Origin: Anthoceros angustus
Lineage: Eukaryota > Plantae > Anthocerotophyta
DNA length: 27,500 nucleotides
Direction of reading: 5' to 3'
NCBI GenBank assembly: GCA_010909165.1
Contig: MU008232.1
Location: forward strand, 1 to 27,500
The notes under the pieces are model-generated. The model had not been told where the DNA came from, made no database searches, and saw nothing but the letters and a program-made list of their open reading frames with translations. Positions 21,605 to 27,500 of the stretch are shown here, piece by piece. Both the position numbers and the translations under genes were made by a program. Every line of letters starts with the position of its first letter. Positions within the stretch are counted from its first letter, which is position 1.

Positions 21605-22021
21605 TCATGTTGCTTGAATGTGACTGATTAGTGAGCCTATCAAACAGCAGAGGACAGAAAGATGCAAGGGACAGATCTGGAATTGTGCCCCTTCGAATCT
21701 AGAGGAATAGTTGCAACTGTGTAGACAGTGGCGCTTCGTGTCTCCTCGCTCCCTGCCAGCGGAAGCAGGATCATCACAGGATGGTGTTGCTGCTGGTGGA
21801 AGGAGACTCTGGTAAGTATCTCTGTCCAATATGCATTTGATGCAGAATCTCTGTAAGGTGTTTCACGTCACGGCTGATCCTTGCTATCTTAATGTCAAAG
21901 CAGACTTGCATACGAGCAACGCTGTCCCGTAAAATGTGTTGATTTCTTTCAATCTTTCCAAGCGACTCAAGCGATCTTGACAATTTCTTTCCCACCCTTT
22001 GATTGTGCAGTAGCTGGATGG
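21605..22021 (-). CDS. Extra coiled-coil-like ORF in the copia B leader, 3' part (split by copia C)
   Basis: TIQLLHNQRVGKKLSRSLESLGKIERNQHILRDSVARMQVCFDIKIARISRDVKHLTEILHQM shows a heptad pattern followed by a P/S-rich tail. Its position matches the extra ORF in A. Confidence 0.4.
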
Positions 22022-22251
22022 TGTAAGGTGTTATTAAGCTCATAGACTAATACACTTAGTCTAAGTTAGGTGTCGATATCATTAGTTAGCTTAAGCTAAT
22101 CACTAGAAGCTTCTTGTGCTCCTTCCTAGGAGCTTCTTGTGGAGCTTAGAGTATTGAGGGTATAAATACCTCCAAGCCTCATCTCAAGAGAGAGTTACAC
22201 TTGCCTCCTCCTCTCTCCTCTTCCACCATCATGGCCGCCACACATCCTTCA
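22022..22251 (+). repeat. 5' LTR of copia C
   Basis: Aligns with 26768-27009; TG...CA ends; TATAAATA at 22161-22168. Confidence 0.92.
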
Positions 22252-22253
22252 AC

Positions 22254-22264
22254 CGGTATCGAGC
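22254..22264 (+). promoter_or_regulatory. Degenerate iMet PBS of copia C
   Basis: CGGTATCGAGC versus canonical TGGTATCAGAGC, two bases after the LTR end. Confidence 0.65.
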
Positions 22265-22299
22265 AGCTTTGGTTTGTGTGTTGTGATGCTAGAATTTTC

Positions 22300-22815
22300 T
22301 AGCCGCAGGGCGCACCGTGGAATTGCAGATCCGTGATCGGCGAGGCCGCGAACGCCGCAGAAGCCGCGAGCAACCGGTGAGCGAGGCAAGGCGCGACCGC
22401 GCAGCGGGCGCCGCGCCGAGGCCGGCCGTGGAGGCCGCGCGCGCCGCCGGCACGGCGAGGCCGGGGCACGCGGCTGGCCGCGGCCAAGCCGCCGGGCGGG
22501 CGCGTGGCGGCCGCGGCGCCGCTGGCGCGCAGGCCGCTGGCGCGGCGCCGGGCAGCCTGGGGCGTGGCGCGCAGCGGGCCGGCCGCTGGGCGGGCGGGCG
22601 CCGGCAGCCGCTGGCCGGGCACTGGGCGGGGGCGCTGGCGCCGCCGGGCCGCGGGCGCCGCGGTGGCGGGCGCCGCCGCGACGCAGTGCCGGGCAGCGCG
22701 CGGCGCCGGGCTGCGGGGTGCGCGGCGCGGGCGCGCCGCGGGCGCGGCGCGGCCGCGGTGGCGGTGGCGCGTGGCGCCGCGTGGCGCAGCAAAGCGCCGG
22801 GCGCGGTAGCAAGAA
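22300..22815. other. Extremely GC-rich low-complexity tract in the copia C 5' leader
   Basis: Almost only G/C words (GCGCG, GGCCG, CCGGC) between the PBS and the gag start, unlike the rest of the element. Confidence 0.85.
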
Positions 22816-22976
22816 GAGTCGCGGTGCCAACGAATGGCGTGCGGTGAGTAAAATTCGCAAAATATTCGCGAATACTCGTGGAATAGTCAACGCAAAATAT
22901 ACACGCACGGTGATCGCTTTCTTTGACTTTTCCGACAAGGCGAGTCGAGTGTTTTATCTCAGACGATTTTTGAGTC

Positions 22977-25900
22977 ATGATGTCTTCATCATCGAAAACG
23001 CTGTTCAATATCGGTAGTTAGATGGTACTAACTTCCCGCTCGAAAGAACAAGTGTATAATGTTCTAGTGCGTAAAAGCGATCAAGCCCATAAAGTTGTTA
23101 GGCCAAACCGTATAGTATGACTGTGATGAGTGGCGTGACTGGATGAGCTTGCTAGATCTACTATCATGCTAACATTGTCAAAACAAGGTACTTCAATGTG
23201 AAAGATAAGACCAAGTTACGGACCGCGGGCGTAAGTGTAGGACTGTATGAGAAGCAAAGTGCTTCTCGTGTATTGGTTGAAACAAATTGGTGGACTTGAA
23301 GATGAAGGAAGGGACGAGGATGTCCGATCATCCGAATGATTTCAATACCATTTTCAGCCAGCCTCTCATCTCAAGGTATCACATTCCCATTCTGAGAGCT
23401 ATGTCACTGGTCACACACCAGAGTTGGGACACCTTTCAGACCCGAGTAATTCTCGCCTCGCTAGTGGTCTTACCATTGTAAATGTAGAAGGTAGCCTGTT
23501 AACCGAGGAGGTGAACAGAAAACATGGAACCTTCCAAAGGTTCCAAAGGTTCCTCATAGTGAGAGGGAGGTCCATGCAAGGGAAGCAACCGGATGTAAGC
23601 TTCTCTCGTAGCAAATCTCGTAGTCGTAATAAGAATGTGGAGTGTCACTATTGTCACAAAAGGGGTCACTTCAAAAGAGAGTGCGAGAAGTTCAAAAGGA
23701 CCAAGGAAAAGAGAAGAAGCAGACGACAAGAAGGCGATTCTGGAAGTTGGAAGAGTTAAACTCGTTGAGGACGGAGATGTCCTTATCTCTTCTTACTTGA
23801 ATGCCGCACAATTAATGTGGATAGTCATTTATTCCGCAATTGGATAATTGACGTGCATCTTTCCATGTTACTCCTCATAGAGAGTGGTTTAGCACGATGA
23901 TGCTACAAGGAAAGGATGCGTTAGGCTTGAAATAACTATGCACGCGCAGCGAGGTGATGTGCAACTCAAGTTTGACAACGGATCTTCATTCATGCCAAGG
24001 ACGTTAGCATGTTCAAGTTGACAAAGAGCATGATTAGCGCAGATTGGATGATGTTACCACCGGGTTTTGGGGATCACTCTTGGAAGATCTCCAAAGGTTC
24101 TCTTGTGTTAGCTCGTGGATCAAGTGTGGCACTTTGTACTCACTTCGTGTAAACATCCAAAGATCATGTGATCTCGGTGACAGAGCAACCAAATGTTTCC
24201 TTGTGGCATTGCTTGTTAGGACATATGTCTAAGGGAATGAAGGTTTTATCTCGCTCGTTATATCCCCGTTTAACTTCTCCGATCTCTCGATGTGTGAGCA
24301 CTGCTTATATGGGAAATGTATAAAATCATCACATCGAACACGAGGTAAAAGTAGAGTAAACCTCTTGAGTTGGTTCACGTGATGTATGTGGACCTATGCC
24401 TCATCGCATCATTAGGCGGTGCCTCCTATTTTGTCACTTTCATAGATGATTTTCTCACGCAAGGTGTGGGTTTATCCTTTGAGGAAAAAGGATGAAGTTC
24501 ACGGTGTTTCGTAAATTTGTCACCCTTGTAGAGAATCACCGCCACCGATTGAAGTGTCTACGACGATAATGGTGGCGAGAGTATGTTTCAAAGCTTTCAG
24601 CCATTCCGTGATTCCAAGGAATCAAAAGAGAATTGATCACCAGATACTCCTCCACAAAATGGTGTGGCCGAGCGGATGAATGTAACCATTCGTGAGAGGA
24701 TGCGAGTTTGTTGTCAAACTCGATTGCCTAATGGGTTTTGGGCGTATGTGTTCATCGCAGTTCATCTTATTAATGATCTCCTAATAAGGTCGTTGATGAG
24801 CGTGTTCCAGAGGAGCTATGGTCCGAAAGAAACCATCTTACAAGCATCCGCGAGTGTTTGGCTGTGAGGCATACTGCCATGTTCGAAAAGAGTTTCGGGA
24901 CAAGTTGGCACCTAAGTCCAAGAAATGTATTTTTCTTGGCTATGGTGATTCGTGAGATGGGATACCGCTTGTGGGATCCAGAGGCTAGAAAGGTTGTTCA
25001 GACTAACGACGTGTTCTTCAATGAGAACAAGATGCAGGAAGCCTACTCCAACCGTGGAGGTGCGAAGGGTGATCTTCCAAGAAGATGGACATGATCATCA
25101 TGTTGATACCGTGGTAATGTGCAGGAGCACATTCCTCCACCGGTAGATGAACCAAGAGTCGAACAAGCACCTATAGAGGTGTGTCAGAGGTCGCTGATTA
25201 CACGACCTCGGCTGTATGATCCATCTCTGGATTATGTCATGCTGACAGATTGTGGGGAACCCTCTTCTTACAAAGAGGCCATGTCAATGAGTAACAAAGA
25301 GAAGTGGGAGAAGGCCATGCAGTCAGAAATGAATTCGCTGCATAAGAACCAAACTTGGGAGTTGGTTCGGTTGCCTAGGGATAAGAAGGCACTACCGTGC
25401 AAATGGGTGTACAAGATGAAGGTCATACCGCTTGATGGCAAACCGAAGTACAAGGCACGATTGGTTGCTAAGGGTTTCAAGCAACAACAAGGCATTGACT
25501 TTGATGAGATTTTCTCACCAAGAGTCAAAATGACAACTTTGCGATGTGTTCTTGCTTTGGTTGCTGAATGATATGGAACTTGATGGATGTCAAGACGGCA
25601 TTCTTGCATGGTGACCTTCAAGAGGACGTCTACATGCAAAGAACCAAGGTTTTGTTGAGAAGGGCAAAGAGCATCCGTGTGTGTGTTGAGGAAGAGCCTT
25701 TATGGTTTGAAACAGCACCCGAGAGTGGTATCACAAGTTCCACTCATTTATGCTTTCTCAAGGCTACAAACGCGATGAGGATCATTGCCTCTAAGCAAGC
25801 TAAGGATCAAAGCTTGCTCATTTTGATCCTCTATGTGGATGATATGCTAATTGTCGGAACAAGATCGATGAGATTGAAGTCAAAGTTGAATGCTCACTTT

Positions 25901-26724
25901 GAAATGACAGACTTGGGAGAGCGAGCCATATACTTGGCATGCGATTCGGAATGCATAAGCGCCCGCTTTATTTGTCTCGAATACATTAACTGGGTGCTTC
26001 AACGCTTCAACATGGAGAAGGGAAGCCATTGGGTACCCATTGCCTCCATATGTGAAACTTTCGCCGGATTGCCCAAGCTCGAGGAGGACAAAGTCGAAAT
26101 GGAGAAGGTCCCATACTCATCACCGTAGGGAGTTTGATGTATGCAATGATTGCTACATCCCGACATTGCCTTTGTGGGAGTGGTTAGCGGTTTATGTCAA
26201 ACCCGCAAGAAGCATTGGGAGGCGAAAGGAGTTATGAGGTATCCGAATGGTACAAAAGCTTTGTGCATATGTTTTGGTAGTGAAGATGCATGTGGTTGGG
26301 TACACGGATGTCGATTATGGGGATATGGACAAAAGGAGGTCCACATCGTGTTATGTCTTCACAATCGAGGGGCGCCTCATGGCGATCTCGCTTGCGTGCA
26401 TTACGCTATCTACCACAGAGGCCGAGTATGTTGCAGCAACTGAGGCTTGCAAGGAAGCCATATGGCTTGCTCGTTTAGTGGGAGACTTGGGGATCAAGGT
26501 TGAGCTGCCGGTTGCATTGTGATAGCCAGAGTGCTATCCAATTGGCAAAGAATCCAGTGTTTCATGCGAAGACTAAACATGTGGATGTGAAGTATCACTT
26601 CATTCGAGAGGTGTTAGATGACAAGAGGGTACAACTTGTCAAGGTTCACACCACCAACCTCGCAGATATTCTTACCAAGGGACTCTCTGAGCAATTTGCA
26701 CAAGCTCGGACACGATGGGCATGA
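22977..26724 (+). pseudogene. Copia C gag-pol (heavily frameshifted in this read)
   Basis: MMSSSSKTLFNIG(K)LDGTNF; LVDLKMKEGTRMSDH; knuckle CHYCHKRGHFKREC (23643-23684); PR W..D..ASFHVTPHREWF (~23840); IN (HCLYGK, DVCGP, FIDDF, NGVAERMN); [37 protein letters not shown]; RH TTEAEYVAA, CDSQSAIQLAKNPVFHAKTKH, LADILTKGL. Confidence 0.92.
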
Positions 26725-26756
26725 GATAGTCCATTCTTCAAGGTAAATTGGCCTTT

Positions 26757-26767
26757 AAGTGGGAGGT
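26757..26767 (+). promoter_or_regulatory. Polypurine tract of copia C
   Basis: AAGTGGGAGGT immediately before the 3' LTR, typical of copia. Confidence 0.8.
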
Positions 26768-27009
26768 TGTAAGGGTATTAAAGCCCAATGTACTTAGACT
26801 AATACACTTAGTCTAAGTTAGGTGTCGATATCATTAGTTTAGCTTAAGCTAATCACTAGGAAGCTTCTTGTGCTCCTTCCTAGGGGCTTCTTGTGGAGCT
26901 TCCTAGGAGCTATTGGAGGGTATAAATACCCTCCAAGCCTCATCTCAATGTGAGTTACACTTGCCTCCTCCTCTCCTCTCCTTTCCACCATCATGTGCCA
27001 CGATCCTTC
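26768..27009 (+). repeat. 3' LTR of copia C
   Basis: Aligns with 22022-22251 and is preceded by the PPT. The terminal A of CA is missing in this read. TATAAATA at 26921-26928. Confidence 0.92.
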
Positions 27010-27014
27010 GATGG

Positions 27015-27500
27015 TCCTTGAGACTAAGAGAATCGCAAATGGTTATCTCACCAGGGCGAAGAGGGCGTAATTTATGAAAGATAATGCAGTGAATACCGGC
27101 AGTGTGATATAACGCAATCCGTGTTCTTTTCAGAGGTAGCACCTAGCACGATACAAGGAGTCTACTTGAGAATTTTTCTCCTGTGACCTTGCAGCATGTG
27201 CTCGTGCACTAGGGGGTCCTCAATTCCTACTAACAAAATGCCTGGCATGTCAGGTAGTTGCCTAGAGATCTAGAACCAACAGGAATAGCCATTTTGATGC
27301 GTGTGGTGCCATGCCCACTGTCGGCCTCTTCTGTTCTGGCGACGATCTCCACGGGATCTACCCTGTCCTGGCATTATGGATTAAGGAGTCTGAGCATCTA
27401 AGCTCACGATACATGTGAAGTTTATGGAAGCGCTATTTTGTCTCAACTATTCTCAATAATAATCAATGGTACAAAATGTCACTATAAGTGTTTGTTTTCA
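27015..27500 (-). mobile_element. Displaced 5' leader of copia B (right of the copia C insertion)
   Basis: It follows the GATGG duplication. Removing copia C restores a continuous frame ...FALVR*PFAILLVSRT|IQLLHNQR. No PBS or LTR is seen before the window ends. Confidence 0.55.

Larger units (their letters stand above)
17837..22021 (-). mobile_element. Ty1/copia element B (same lineage as A), main part; RT/RNase H and 3' LTR not in this segment
   Basis: gag at 21305-~20520 (DLKEKDRFNGTKYPVWRVRIKAIL..RGVW, similar to A's EFKEKDRFDG..W), PR (EDVLYVPRMAKNLMS ~20070-20120), two integrases, then an IN-RT linker ending ...MVRTY at ~17837. Confidence 0.85.
22022..27009 (+). mobile_element. Full-length Ty1/copia element C with 5-bp TSD GATGG (22017-22021 / 27010-27014)
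   Basis: Paired LTRs starting TGTAAGG, PBS, gag-PR-IN-RT-RH, PPT and an exact 5-bp target-site duplication. Confidence 0.93.

Noticed and set aside
22249-23017. Long Arg/Ala/Pro/Gly ORFs on both strands
   Set aside because: A by-product of a stop-free GC-rich tract in an LTR leader.

Overview
Mostly land-plant repetitive DNA (a non-seed plant such as a fern is my inference), frameshifted throughout in a way that suggests an uncorrected or low-coverage long read. It resolves into nested insertions. (1) 1-~725 is GC-rich bacterial-type DNA encoding an SGNH/GDSL (DUF459-like) hydrolase, abruptly joined to the plant DNA. (2) Ty1/copia element A (minus strand, 5' LTR 15805-15967, PBS, long leader, gag, pol to the RNase H stop at 740) has its protease split at adjacent codons by a ~9.6-kb insert (3894-13501). 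(3) The insert carries a DUF7869/Sola-like DDD transposase (minus), a tandem-repeat array and a divergently oriented gene with a ParB/Srx-like domain followed by a beta-class N4C/N6A DNA amino-methyltransferase domain. This transposon-borne ParB-MTase module is the most striking system in the window. (4) 15968-17836 is an unassigned segment with an orphan ORF and two ~120-bp direct repeats. (5) Related copia element B (minus) has two diverged integrases in tandem, joined in one reading frame. (6) Full-length copia C (22022-27009, plus; LTRs, PBS, PPT, GATGG target-site duplication) is inserted into a coiled-coil ORF upstream of B's gag. All protein motifs were read by hand across frameshifts, and no database searches were run.
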